Shown piece after piece: positions 13,940 through 24,297 of a stretch of 26,108 bases of DNA; the stretch's first letter is position 1; each line of letters begins with the position of its first letter. The notes beneath the pieces were generated by a model. The model saw nothing but the letters and a program-made list of their open reading frames with translations, was not told the DNA's origin and ran no database searches. This DNA is from a virus (Duplodnaviria; Heunggongvirae; Uroviricota; Caudoviricetes). The position numbers and the translations under genes are program-made. The stretch is taken from positions 1 through 26,108 of IMG/VR virus record IMGVR_UViG_3300033463_000062. The stretch is one strand, 5' to 3'.

Positions 13940-14911
13940 ATGGCTGGAGCGCGTATGCCGAAAGACCTTCCGAGAGTTACGCCTGTAACGACAACTGCGG
14001 CTTACGCTTGCAGTTGTTGCGGCAAGACCTTCGTGAAACAAAACGGCAATTTTATGCAAACGAACAGTCCGCTGTTCGCTAATAACGCAGGGTATCTTAC
14101 GTTCTGTAAGACGTGCTGCGAAAAACACTACGACAAAATGTTCGCTCTTTACGGCAACGAACCGGCGAAAGCGATCCATGAGTGTTGCAGGACGTTCGGG
14201 TGGTATTGGAATGAAGGCATTTACGATGCGTCCAAGAAACTGCTCGATACGTATACCTCTTTGGTTGCATACTACATAACGGTAGGGGGTAAGAGCGGAG
14301 CGCCCGCGGGATACACTTACGAAAACAGATTACAGGAAGACGTGCTGCGTGTCGAAAACGGCGAGATTGACGAAACAACAGAAGTCCGCACGGCGACAAC
14401 CCGACAAATCAAAGTGTGGGGCAAGTCGTTTGAAACGGAAGAATACGCAATACTTGACAACTATTACGACGACCTGACGGCGGAATTCAAGTCGTCAAGT
14501 CCCGTCCAAGAAAAGTTGTTGAGAGACCTTTGCGTGCAGCGACTGTTGCAGGATAAGGCAATCAGGCGTGGCGATATTGACGCCTACGAGAAAGCCTCAA
14601 AGCTCTATCATTCTACGCTCAAAGCGGGCGATCTTGAAGTTAAGAGCAAGGAAGAAGATCTTAACGACCCCAATGCGAGTTACGGTCACACCCTCGCTAT
14701 GATTGAGAACTTCACGCCCGGCGAATACTACAAAGACAAGAAACTGTTCCTTGATTTCGACAAAATCAAAGAATACTTCGAGCGCTTTATTTTGAGACCT
14801 ATGAAAAACTTTATCACAGGCTCAAACGACAGAGACCCCGAATATACTGTTCAGGTTGGCGATATTGATGCTGACGCTGAACTCGAAGAGGAGTCCGAAG
14901 ATGAAGATTGA
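13940..14911 (+). CDS. Zn-finger phage protein (323 aa); possible terminase small subunit by position
   Basis: CSCCG...CKTCC cysteine pairs; AAGGAGG RBS; directly upstream of and overlapping terL. Confidence 0.7.
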   Translation: MAGARMPKDLPRVTPVTTTAAYACSCCGKTFVKQNGNFMQTNSPLFANNAGYLTFCKTCCEKHYDKMFALYGNEPAKAIHECCRTFGWYWNEGIYDASKKLLDTYTSLVAYYITVGGKSGAPAGYTYENRLQEDVLRVENGEIDETTEVRTATTRQIKVWGKSFETEEYAILDNYYDDLTAEFKSSSPVQEKLLRDLCVQRLLQDKAIRRGDIDAYEKASKLYHSTLKAGDLEVKSKEEDLNDPNASYGHTLAMIENFTPGEYYKDKKLFLDFDKIKEYFERFILRPMKNFITGSNDRDPEYTVQVGDIDADAELEEESEDED

Positions 14912-16703
14912 GATTTCGCAGTACGGCGACGAGAAACAAAACACACTCGCGTCGCGTTTTCCGAAAGGCACGTGGCTCAGTGACCAAGACCATGTCAACC
15001 ATTTTCTTTTGTGGAACACGTTTTTCAGACGCAACCCGCATCGGTTCGTTGAGACATATCTGAACATCACATTGTATTGGTATCAGTCGATAACCTTGTA
15101 TTTGATGTTCGTATGTACCATTGTGGTGATAGTTGCTGCTCGTGCGGCTGCAAAGTCTTTTATTATCGCAGTATATGCTGTTTCCAAAGCTATTCTGTAT
15201 CCAAACAGCAAAATTGTATTAACGGCAAACACTCGCGGAGAGTCGGCGCTAATTGTGTCGGACAAGATACTAAACGAACTGTGCAATATGTCCCCCAACT
15301 TACGACGGGAGATCTTGAGTTGGCACGTTAACAAGTCAGAAGTTATTGTCAAGTTCCGTAGCGGTTCAACGATTGAAACCGTTACCTGTAACGAACAGGC
15401 TCGCGGTCACAGAAGTACGGTTAACGTAGGAGAAGAGGCGCGTAAGATCAACAAGAAACGTATGGACTCTATCATCTCGCCGTTCAGAATTGTAAGACAG
15501 GCTCCGTATATCAAACTGCCCGAATACAGCGGCGAAGAGTTTTTGGAAGATCCGTGCGAAATACTGTTGTCCTCGTCGGACGAAGAACGCAACTGGCTTG
15601 TGAGGGCGGCGTATAGCGCATATAACTCAATGATGCGCAACGGCACGGCTATGTTCATAGCTTTCGACTATTCAATTTCATATAAACACGGCATACGCAA
15701 GCGAAAGCAATTACTTGAGGACATCTCAAAGATTGACCCGCTGACGTGGTTTGTGGAATACGAGAACGGTGTTCTACGCAGCAATGCGGCATCGTTCTTT
15801 TCTTATGATGTTGTAAAGGCTTGCCAAGTATCGAAGTTGCCATTCTACCCGAGAAAACTCGAAGACGTGTTGTCCCACGTCAGAAATAAATATGCCATAC
15901 CGAAGATGCCAGGGGAAGTTCGGTTGGTGGCGTGCGATATCGCTGTCGTTGACCGAGCCGGAAACGACAATTCGGCGTTTTCGTGCTTACGGTTATTCCC
16001 CGAAAAAGATGTTCACGACTTACCCATATTCAAAGTTCAAATGCCTTATCTCGAAGGAATGAGAGGCAGCGAGTTAAGAAAACAAGCTATTCGTATTCGT
16101 CAGCTTTACGACGACTTTGAAGCAGATTATATCGTACTTGATGTGCGAAATAGCGGCGCGGGAGTGTATGACCAGTTAGCACGAGTGTTATATGACGACG
16201 AGCGCGGCAAGGAGTATCGCCCGTTTAAGGCTATGAACGACGAGGACTACGCTAAACGTATTAACTCGCCTTCAGCTGAACCCAAAATATTTGTTATAAG
16301 TGCGTCTGCAAGATTGAATAGCGATATGGCAAATAACCTCAGGGCGATGATGATTAACCACGAACTCGAGCTTTTAGTGGCTAAGGATGAAGGCTTCGCC
16401 GAACTTCGAGCGACAACGCCCGAGTATGTGAAGACAATCAACCCTGAGGTAATGCTCTGGTATGAAAAACCGTATCTTGAAACAATGCTTTTCGTAAATG
16501 AAACGGTAAGTTTAAAGTACGAGAAGAAAGAAAACACCGGTCTAATCAAAATATTTGAAACTGGAGAGGATGTAAAAGACCGTTATTCAAGCGTCACAAT
16601 GGGTTGCTGGTTTGCTTCTCTGCTCGCCCGTGACCTATTAACCGAAGACGAAGAAGAGCCTCTCCAGATACAAATGTCACGGTCTCATGTGACAGCCCTA
16701 TAA
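14901..16703 (+). CDS. terL: terminase large subunit (~600 aa)
   Basis: Walker A-like AARAAAKS, Walker B VNVGEEA, nuclease motifs VACDIA and KDRYSS; followed by portal. Start set to ATG 14901 (GAGGAG RBS). Confidence 0.85.
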   Translation: MKIEISQYGDEKQNTLASRFPKGTWLSDQDHVNHFLLWNTFFRRNPHRFVETYLNITLYWYQSITLYLMFVCTIVVIVAARAAAKSFIIAVYAVSKAILYPNSKIVLTANTRGESALIVSDKILNELCNMSPNLRREILSWHVNKSEVIVKFRSGSTIETVTCNEQARGHRSTVNVGEEARKINKKRMDSIISPFRIVRQAPYIKLPEYSGEEFLEDPCEILLSSSDEERNWLVRAAYSAYNSMMRNGTAMFIAFDYSISYKHGIRKRKQLLEDISKIDPLTWFVEYENGVLRSNAASFFSYDVVKACQVSKLPFYPRKLEDVLSHVRNKYAIPKMPGEVRLVACDIAVVDRAGNDNSAFSCLRLFPEKDVHDLPIFKVQMPYLEGMRGSELRKQAIRIRQLYDDFEADYIVLDVRNSGAGVYDQLARVLYDDERGKEYRPFKAMNDEDYAKRINSPSAEPKIFVISASARLNSDMANNLRAMMINHELELLVAKDEGFAELRATTPEYVKTINPEVMLWYEKPYLETMLFVNETVSLKYEKKENTGLIKIFETGEDVKDRYSSVTMGCWFASLLARDLLTEDEEEPLQIQMSRSHVTAL

Positions 16704-16726
16704 AATTTTAAAGAAAGGAGAATGGA

Positions 16727-18364
16727 ATGCCTGAAATTGAGGCTAAGCCCGAAGAAAAATTTGACGTTTACGTTAACCATTCCGTTGCAGCGGACGGAAC
16801 GGAAGTAATAACCAGCACCATGTCGATTGACGAAATGGTAAGCGAGCTTGAAAAGGCGGACTACGAGTTCTTAACATCGTACCGTACAAAATCAAACAAA
16901 CAGTTGTGGTCGGTCTTTGCAAACGAAGACACTAAAACCGCAAACACGCTGACACTTGCAGAAGTCGACAATCTTGCGCAGGGTATCCACGCCGATAAGG
17001 ATAAGCTCTTAAACGCGAACCGCATAATACTCAAATATGTGGATTCGGACGGCGCAATGGGATACGCATACAGTGTTCTGCGGGCAAACATTCCCGTAAA
17101 ATATAAACTCACGTTCGGTGCGCTGACCGAAGACGAAGATGAGAAAAGCAAGATTGATGAAGTATCGCAGATAATTGCGGACTTCAACGATACCATAAAA
17201 ATCGAGACGTTTATACGCGATGTTGTAATGAAGGCATACCTTGAGGGTAACGCTCCCGTTTCAATGCGTATGGACGGTGATGCGGTTGTAGTCGACCTTT
17301 ATCCTCTGAATCTGGCTTATCCGTCAGAGTATCTCATAAATGGAGACAGGGTCATAGAGTTTGACGTTGATAAACTGAAAACCGCGTTATCAAAAGAATA
17401 TAAAAAGACGCGCACGAAGAAAGCCGTTTACTTCGAAAAGGTAGCGGACGAAATCAAAGCCGACTACCCGAAGGTTGTGTACGATGCGTATATGGACGGC
17501 ACGAAATACGTCAGACTGAGCGTTGACACGGCAGACTGTGTTACGGTCAACTCAATGAGCAAGAGATTCGGCGTGTCGCCGTTCTTCCGCTCTCTGAAAC
17601 CTCTCGTTGTTCTTAATAACATCGAGGAAGCAGACGTTGCAGATAGTAAAGCTCGCGCAAAGAAAATCATTTTCCAGAAGCTCCGTAAAGAACTTATGGG
17701 AGAAAATTTTAATAAGCGCGGTATAATCGAAGCCGACTATGTTCACGGCGAGCTTACAAACGCGCTGAAGACATCTCTTTGCGCATATACTGCTCCGCCC
17801 TATGTTGAGAGTCTTGAATTCGTAACATCGAAAGCAACGAACGAAGACGCCGCAAAGCAGCTTTCTCAATACAGATCTATGTATTTGCAGTCGCTTGGTA
17901 TATACTTCCTCGACACCGAGGCAAGTAACTACGCGGGCGTTAACGTATCAGTAACGCAAATCATAAGAAATGTCAATGCTATTGTTGACGACACCGAGCG
18001 CGTTATAAACAAACTTTACAGAACCTACTTGAAATACAGAGGTATCGACATCAAGTATGCGCCTGAAATTGTTATAGACGACGCCGAGACTATGGAGCCG
18101 AATCTCCGCCTTGAACTGGCGAAGTTTGCTTACGGAACTCTCAACGCTTCACGCGAGACGTCGTTTGGACTTGTAGGACTTGACCTGCAAGACGAAATAT
18201 CGAAGCGCAGACTCGAAAACAAGAACGGACTTGACGAAGTGTTCAAGCCCAGAGCCACGTCGTACAACACCGACCCGACAGAAGAAAACGAGGGCGGTGC
18301 TCCTCAGTCAAACGAGGACAAAGACAAACAGCAGTACGATCGTGACCGTAATAAATCGCTATAA
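16727..18364 (+). CDS. portal protein (545 aa)
   Basis: Position after terL, size, FGVSPFFRSL portal-like segment; AAAGGAG RBS. Confidence 0.75.
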   Translation: MPEIEAKPEEKFDVYVNHSVAADGTEVITSTMSIDEMVSELEKADYEFLTSYRTKSNKQLWSVFANEDTKTANTLTLAEVDNLAQGIHADKDKLLNANRIILKYVDSDGAMGYAYSVLRANIPVKYKLTFGALTEDEDEKSKIDEVSQIIADFNDTIKIETFIRDVVMKAYLEGNAPVSMRMDGDAVVVDLYPLNLAYPSEYLINGDRVIEFDVDKLKTALSKEYKKTRTKKAVYFEKVADEIKADYPKVVYDAYMDGTKYVRLSVDTADCVTVNSMSKRFGVSPFFRSLKPLVVLNNIEEADVADSKARAKKIIFQKLRKELMGENFNKRGIIEADYVHGELTNALKTSLCAYTAPPYVESLEFVTSKATNEDAAKQLSQYRSMYLQSLGIYFLDTEASNYAGVNVSVTQIIRNVNAIVDDTERVINKLYRTYLKYRGIDIKYAPEIVIDDAETMEPNLRLELAKFAYGTLNASRETSFGLVGLDLQDEISKRRLENKNGLDEVFKPRATSYNTDPTEENEGGAPQSNEDKDKQQYDRDRNKSL

Positions 18365-18406
18365 GGTTAATCCTTATATATAACATCACGGAAGAAAGGA
18401 GGATGT

Positions 18407-19849
18407 ATGGAGAAAGAAAGATTATATCTTACAAGCTCTGTTGTAGAACTGTCAGACGAAGAAGACAAGCCTTATATAACACTCACCAACAGATTGTGTT
18501 GGTATGGCGAACCGAACCTCAACGATGTCGAATTACCCGTTGAAGGCGCCGAAGAAAAAGCCCAGACGCTTCTTGATATGCCTGTTCAGGCTAAGTATAA
18601 AAAGATAGCGAACAAAGACGACCTCGGCGGGCACGAAGTTTATCGTGACCCTGTTACCGGCGAGGTTAAATTCGGGACAATGAGTGTGGGAACTCACGTT
18701 GCCGTCGAAGTCAAAGACGACACTGTAAATGTTTACGGCGAAGAAAAGACGCTGCCGTGCCTATTTGCCACTTCTAAAGTATGGAAGCGTTATCAGAATG
18801 TAGTCTCTGCTATAAAACGACTGTTTTCTGAAAACAAACTGCATAGTTCTTGGGAGATTGAGTACAACGACGCAGAAATCAAAGGCGGCGTAAAAGAACT
18901 CAAGAACTATTGGTTCATCGGGAACTGTATGCTGGGTTCTACAACCACTCCTGCGTATCCGTGTGCAGACACACTGGCAGTCGCGTCCGTCGAAAACGAG
19001 GACAGCTTATATGAAGCTGCAACTCTTGACGCGACGGAAGACAAGGAGGAACAATTGAAAGACGAACAGGATAAAGTTCTTGAACCTGTTGCAGAGCCGA
19101 CTCCCGATGTATCCGAGCAGAACCCCGAGCCCGTAGAGCCTGAGACCGAACCGGTTGTAGAGCCTGCGGCTGAGGGCGAGCCCGCTGCGGAGCCGGAGAA
19201 AGAGCAGGCGTCTCTCACGACTGAAGACATTTATCGTCATCTGAATAGAGCACTTGACGAGATGTTCCCGAATGACTGGATTTACGTCATGTATATTCTA
19301 CCCGAGGAACACGCTGCGCTGTGCCACAGATGCGGAGCCGACGAACTCACATTCCTTCTCGTAAATTACGAGGTGGTCGACGATGAAGTTCGTATAGTCG
19401 GCGAGGTCGAGGAAGTTAAAATCGCTGTTTCGATAAGCGAGATAAATTCCGAACTCAGCAAGCGCGATGCCGCTATAGCTGAGGCTTCTGTCAAGATTCA
19501 GAACCTTGAGTCTGAGCTTGAGACGCTTAAGCCTTACAAAGAAGAGGCTGACAGGATAGCCGCTGAAAAAGCAGAGGCTGAACTTGCGGAAAAACGCAAA
19601 GAGCTTGCCGAATACGCTACGAGAAGCAACCTTATAACGGACGCAGAGGTAGCAGAGGGCGGCGCTCTGTATGATAGTATCAAAGCTCTCGACAAGAGTG
19701 CTATTGATGCCGAGATTGCCCAGCGCTATATGTCGGGTATCAAACCCGCTGTTGCTGAGCAGGTCAAAGAGAAACACGCCACACGCGATGTGGCGAGCAT
19801 CGACGACGGCGAAAATATAAACGCCGTAATGATTTACATCAACAAATAA
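18407..19849 (+). CDS. head maturation protease/scaffold (YonD-like), 480 aa
   Basis: Between portal and capsid; globular N-terminus, Pro/Glu-rich linker (PEPVEPETEP), coiled-coil C-terminus. Confidence 0.65.
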   Translation: MEKERLYLTSSVVELSDEEDKPYITLTNRLCWYGEPNLNDVELPVEGAEEKAQTLLDMPVQAKYKKIANKDDLGGHEVYRDPVTGEVKFGTMSVGTHVAVEVKDDTVNVYGEEKTLPCLFATSKVWKRYQNVVSAIKRLFSENKLHSSWEIEYNDAEIKGGVKELKNYWFIGNCMLGSTTTPAYPCADTLAVASVENEDSLYEAATLDATEDKEEQLKDEQDKVLEPVAEPTPDVSEQNPEPVEPETEPVVEPAAEGEPAAEPEKEQASLTTEDIYRHLNRALDEMFPNDWIYVMYILPEEHAALCHRCGADELTFLLVNYEVVDDEVRIVGEVEEVKIAVSISEINSELSKRDAAIAEASVKIQNLESELETLKPYKEEADRIAAEKAEAELAEKRKELAEYATRSNLITDAEVAEGGALYDSIKALDKSAIDAEIAQRYMSGIKPAVAEQVKEKHATRDVASIDDGENINAVMIYINK

Positions 19850-19867
19850 AGCAAAGGAGATAACATA

Positions 19868-20350
19868 ATGCTTAGAGATTTAATAGTCAACGGTCAGGAC
19901 GCCGCGATAGCCGATTTCGGTATTGGCACTGCTGCGGCGACGGGCATGGGTGTTGTAGTCGACAGCGAAGCGACCAAGACGGTCAAACTTCCTGCTGCCG
20001 AGACTGCGACGGATGTATTTGTGCTTCAGAAGGCACATGTTCTCACGGGTATAAACTGTGCAAAAGAAATCGTATCTGATTACGACACTGAGTACAACAC
20101 GTTCGCTGCTGGCGACAAAGTTGTTCTCAACAAGTACGACATAGGCGAATACTTCGGCACGGACGCTTTCGCTTCCGGTCTGCTTGCAACGGATGCTGGC
20201 AAGAAACTGTCTGTCGGCACGGACGGCAAATGGAAGGTTGCGACCGCCTCGACCGTAACGTCCAAGTATGTATTCTGCGGCTTCATCATGGACAATGGTC
20301 ACAAGCTCGCGAAAATCAAAGTCGTTGAAGACACGACTGCGAATGCGTAA
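19868..20350 (+). CDS. head decoration/structural protein (YonC-like), 160 aa
   Basis: Small Ala/Gly/Thr-rich protein immediately before the capsid gene; AAAGGAG RBS. Confidence 0.6.
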   Translation: MLRDLIVNGQDAAIADFGIGTAAATGMGVVVDSEATKTVKLPAAETATDVFVLQKAHVLTGINCAKEIVSDYDTEYNTFAAGDKVVLNKYDIGEYFGTDAFASGLLATDAGKKLSVGTDGKWKVATASTVTSKYVFCGFIMDNGHKLAKIKVVEDTTANA

Positions 20351-20376
20351 TCAGGAAAGAAAGGAGATATACAACA

Positions 20377-21369
20377 ATGACGAATACTGAACTTGCCGAA
20401 GTCATCCGCAATGCAGATATGTATGAAATAGCCTGCAAGACGGTTCACGACATAGCTCTCGACGAAAACGAGAAAGAAGTAGTTGCCAGCCTTGACGAAC
20501 ATTTCAGAAATGTCGGTAAGACGGGCAAAGACAGCGACAAGGAAATAGCCGCGTTCATTCAGCGCGTTGTCACCGAGGAGCTTTACAACGCTCCCGAGGA
20601 AGTTCTTGACGCTATATTCGACCGCAACACCATCGGCGAATTTGACGCCTTTGAGGGCGTTTCCGCCGCGGAAAATGGTCTTATACCCCACGAAGCTGCG
20701 AAGGGCGGCAGCGTAGAGCGTTCTTTCATAGACGTTTCTATAATCGCCCCGAAATTCCGTAACCTTCAGATAGACACGGAAATCACGTACAAAGACCTCG
20801 CGAAAAACGGCTGGAAGTCCGTTGCGAGAATAACCGAGTATGCTGTTCAGGCTCTGAAGAACAAGATGTTCGCCGCGATCCTTGGCGACATCGACGCTGG
20901 CATCCTCTACGGTGCTGACAACTACATAGCTGCGGGCGGCGCTGCTGTAACGCAGGCTGCTGCTGACGCTCTTGCTGTTTATGTAAACGACAGAGCGGAG
21001 ATAGGCGACGGTCTTATCATAGGTAAGAGCGCTTATATCCAGCAGATGAGCAAACTCACGGGCTTTGCGTCCGACAGCATGAAGGACGAAGTTCACAACT
21101 ACGGTTTCCTCGGCAAATACGACGGCATCCCGATGCGTCCGATTTCTTCCGCGAAGAAACTCGGCGACGGCACCGCGCTTGTTCCCGACCAGAGAGTATT
21201 CGGCTTCGCTGGCAAGATAGGCGAGCTCGATATGCAGGGCGAGGTCAAGGTGTACCAGGATGAGAACAACTCGAAAGAGACTGTTAACATCTACATCAAA
21301 GACTTCACGTTCGGCTATGCTCTTTACAAGACCGCTTTCGCGGACATCGCAAAGATAGTCCTCTCGTAA
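20377..21369 (+). CDS. major capsid protein (330 aa)
   Basis: Size, position, strong RBS, biased codon use, and a terminator directly after. Confidence 0.8.
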   Translation: MTNTELAEVIRNADMYEIACKTVHDIALDENEKEVVASLDEHFRNVGKTGKDSDKEIAAFIQRVVTEELYNAPEEVLDAIFDRNTIGEFDAFEGVSAAENGLIPHEAAKGGSVERSFIDVSIIAPKFRNLQIDTEITYKDLAKNGWKSVARITEYAVQALKNKMFAAILGDIDAGILYGADNYIAAGGAAVTQAAADALAVYVNDRAEIGDGLIIGKSAYIQQMSKLTGFASDSMKDEVHNYGFLGKYDGIPMRPISSAKKLGDGTALVPDQRVFGFAGKIGELDMQGEVKVYQDENNSKETVNIYIKDFTFGYALYKTAFADIAKIVLS

Positions 21370-21379
21370 GTGAAATAGG

Positions 21380-21410
21380 AAGGCGCAGGGGCAACTCTGC
21401 GCCTTTACTT
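21380..21410 (+). terminator. terminator-like hairpin after the capsid gene
   Basis: AAGGCGCAGGG-gcaa-CTCTGCGCCTT followed by TACTT; GNRA loop. Confidence 0.7.
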
Positions 21411-21415
21411 ATATT

Positions 21416-21592
21416 ATGGAACGATTCAATTGCTATTCGCAACGGTTGTTCCGTGCTTTGATTGATAACGGTTTTACACCATTGTATTTGAAGCCAATTG
21501 ACGAGAATACGATATGCGTGGTTTTTGAAAAGACGGAAACACTCGTTGCCTTTGTTAAAAATACCTATCAAACCGTTAGAGATAAATACTGA
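21416..21592 (+). CDS. small phage protein (58 aa, DUF5659-like)
   Basis: MERFNCYSQRLFRALIDNGFTPLYLKPIDENTICVVFEKTETLVAFVKNTYQTVRDKY; fills the gap exactly; CYSxRL...NGF...VFEKT pattern; no RBS. Confidence 0.65.
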   Translation: MERFNCYSQRLFRALIDNGFTPLYLKPIDENTICVVFEKTETLVAFVKNTYQTVRDKY

Positions 21593-21611
21593 TTAAGGAG
21601 ATTTTAAGGCA

Positions 21612-22286
21612 ATGCTTGACAAAAGCAAAAATTATCTGGTCTTGAATTACAGTTCAAGCCCTGTGTGTTTTAACACACGATATGAATCCATACTCATCCC
21701 CGGCGGAACCAAAGACGCTCCTGCTTCTCTGCCTCTGTCCGTGGATGAAATAGTACAGGCGAACACCGGCACTCCGCTCTTTAAGTGCGGTCTTCTTTTC
21801 TTTGAGCCTGAATATGCCGAAGAACTGTACGACGCTTGCAGAATAAAGAACTGGAAGGACATATTGACCGACGAGCAGATTGAAAACATACTGCTTCACC
21901 CCACGATAGAAGGTCTGGAGAAGATTATAAACATCGAGACAGAAATCTATTTCGAGAGATGCTACGGCATTTATATCGGTCTGTTGAACGCCAACTATCC
22001 GATAACTGCAAACGTGTCGAAAGTTATGAGAGCGCGTCGCTCTGAATTCAGACGCAATAAGACAAAGAGCGAAATTCAGCTCGTGGCGAAAGATGTCGCT
22101 TCACCCATAACACAGGAAGAGTATGAGGCTACCAAGTCCGAAATAAACGAACTTAAGGCGGCAATGGAAGCGATGATGAAACAGAATGCCGAGCTTATGA
22201 AGGCTCTGTCAGAAAAGAAAACCGAAGCAAAGAAAGAGGAGACCGCTGCGAAGCCTCGTAAGACGACTAAAACGAAAGAGGTTTAA
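21612..22286 (+). CDS. hypothetical head-associated protein (YonA-like by position), 224 aa
   Basis: AAGGAG RBS; Lys-rich tail; follows the capsid gene. Confidence 0.7.
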   Translation: MLDKSKNYLVLNYSSSPVCFNTRYESILIPGGTKDAPASLPLSVDEIVQANTGTPLFKCGLLFFEPEYAEELYDACRIKNWKDILTDEQIENILLHPTIEGLEKIINIETEIYFERCYGIYIGLLNANYPITANVSKVMRARRSEFRRNKTKSEIQLVAKDVASPITQEEYEATKSEINELKAAMEAMMKQNAELMKALSEKKTEAKKEETAAKPRKTTKTKEV

Positions 22287-22288
22287 GA

Positions 22289-22786
22289 ATGCCCGGAACT
22301 CCGTTTGCTTCGCTTATAACGTCCTTTTTGCATAAAGTTGAAAAGGACAAACAGTATTTCAAATACTTTGAGCTTACCGATGCCGAGGCAATGGAGCTTG
22401 CACGGCAGAGGGCGGGATACTTCTTGGACGAAGCGATAGGAGAACTCATCGTAAGAGCAACTCCTTCCGTGGACTTCACGGACATTGACCCCGTAGCTCA
22501 ATGCTTTAACTTCGAACTCACCCCCATAGAAAAACATATCATACCGTGGCTTATGTATGAAATTTACGTCGAAAGGGATCTGGCTTACCTCAAGTCCAAG
22601 GAAGTCAACTTTGTTGACAAGAACCTCAAGACGTATGACCCGAGTAACGCAAGACAGAGTTATGTAACTCTGCTTAATACTGTAATCGCCAAGACGGACG
22701 AGTATATTGACATCTATCGCAACTCTGACAGAGCGTCGGGTGCATACTTGCCGATAGACTTCTCTGGAAACGATGCGGAGGAATAA
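22289..22786 (+). CDS. putative head-tail adaptor (165 aa)
   Basis: Size and position; helical composition. Confidence 0.6.
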   Translation: MPGTPFASLITSFLHKVEKDKQYFKYFELTDAEAMELARQRAGYFLDEAIGELIVRATPSVDFTDIDPVAQCFNFELTPIEKHIIPWLMYEIYVERDLAYLKSKEVNFVDKNLKTYDPSNARQSYVTLLNTVIAKTDEYIDIYRNSDRASGAYLPIDFSGNDAEE

Positions 22787-23800
22787 ATGGCGTTAGATGG
22801 TATAGCATACTATAAAGCCATACAAGGCTCATTAGGGGTGGATTCTCTCGTTCAGAACGAGATACGCTCGTCGCAGGCGTGGATGCGCGACGAGCTTGTT
22901 CAGTCGTTAAACTACGACGAATTGACCGCAACGCGTAACGGCATCCAGCAAGGCTTTCTCGTAACTACTACTGAATATGGGTTTCAGGCTCAGGTCAGAG
23001 CGCTTCCCGGAGACGAATTGTATATCGGTGATATAATCGGTTTCCGTGGCGAGTATTGGATTGTCACGGACTTAACGCCCGTCAACCCGTTCTACAGACT
23101 GGGCATTATGAAGCTTTGCAATTACGTATTGCGTTTCCAGAACTTCTCGCCGACTATCTATGAACGCCATGTATTTATTGACGGCGGTGCTTATGCAACC
23201 TACGTTAAAGGCGACACAAGGATTCAGTACGGCAACGAGAAGGCATCTATATATTTGCCTTATGACGACGCTACGAAGAAGTTGTTTATAGACAAACGAA
23301 TCAGCGTTGGAACATTGTGGGATAAGACTAACAGGGCTATTCTGCAGTGCAACAAAATCATAGGTGTCGACTACAGAAGCGTCTCGCGTGGCGAGGGCGC
23401 TCACCTTATGCTTCTCCATATTGAACAGGATGCGTACTCTCCCGAAAAAGACAATATGGAACTTGACCTGTGCGACTATATTACTGTATCGTCGGACACT
23501 TCAACTGAAGGTGTCGACAACAAGAGTTGTCAAATAGCGGGTATCCCGCGCCTTATGACCGGCTTCAGCAGAACGCTGACCGCAAAATTCTTCCAAGCTG
23601 ATGACTTGGTTGAAAACATTCAGGCTGTATGGTCTGTATCGGAACTGCCCGAGGGCATAACGTATCGCATAGAGGGCGACGGAATAATATTCCGCTGCGC
23701 CGACAAACCTGAACTCATAGGCGAGAGCTTCACCGTTGAACTAACTGACAGTCTGAATCAGTACGGCACATATACGGTCACAATGGAGGTGGTGTCATGA
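22787..23800 (+). CDS. putative head closure/neck protein with beta-rich C-terminus (337 aa)
   Basis: Abuts the previous stop; LYIGDIIGFRGEYWIV resembles head-closure folds; position. Confidence 0.55.
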   Translation: MALDGIAYYKAIQGSLGVDSLVQNEIRSSQAWMRDELVQSLNYDELTATRNGIQQGFLVTTTEYGFQAQVRALPGDELYIGDIIGFRGEYWIVTDLTPVNPFYRLGIMKLCNYVLRFQNFSPTIYERHVFIDGGAYATYVKGDTRIQYGNEKASIYLPYDDATKKLFIDKRISVGTLWDKTNRAILQCNKIIGVDYRSVSRGEGAHLMLLHIEQDAYSPEKDNMELDLCDYITVSSDTSTEGVDNKSCQIAGIPRLMTGFSRTLTAKFFQADDLVENIQAVWSVSELPEGITYRIEGDGIIFRCADKPELIGESFTVELTDSLNQYGTYTVTMEVVS

Positions 23801-24297
23801 GCTTAAGAGATGCAACGTATATCGACGAACTTATAAACTTCAAAAACACGGCAGTCCGCAAACTTGGTAATTCTCAAGAAGTGGTGGGACTTATCTTGGA
23901 CAACCCGAGCATCGACATGGAGAGCGACGAGGCTCTTTCCGTTGTAGGCAGAGACATACTCGACCACTCGTATTGTGATGATACACTCATTGACGTTCGG
24001 GCATTGATTTTTGTGGAAGCCGCGATAATAAAAAACGTAACCACACAAATGAGGCGGGATGAAATCGACGTTCACATTATTGTCGACAGACACTATATGA
24101 CGCTCGACCCCTCAAGATACAAAGGCGTGCGCGGAAACAGGCGTGACAATCTTGCGCGTCAGGTCAACCAGTTGCTCCAAGAGAGCAACGAATACGGCAT
24201 TGGCACGTTGACGCTTATAGATTGCGAGCCGTTCGTTGTTCCGAAAGGTTATTCAGGTTTACTCCTAAGATACAGGACGGCTGACTTTGACACTTGA
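23797..24297 (+). CDS. putative tail terminator/completion protein (166 aa)
   Basis: ATGA overlap with GGAGG RBS; position before the tail tube gene. Confidence 0.55.
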   Translation: MSLRDATYIDELINFKNTAVRKLGNSQEVVGLILDNPSIDMESDEALSVVGRDILDHSYCDDTLIDVRALIFVEAAIIKNVTTQMRRDEIDVHIIVDRHYMTLDPSRYKGVRGNRRDNLARQVNQLLQESNEYGIGTLTLIDCEPFVVPKGYSGLLLRYRTADFDT

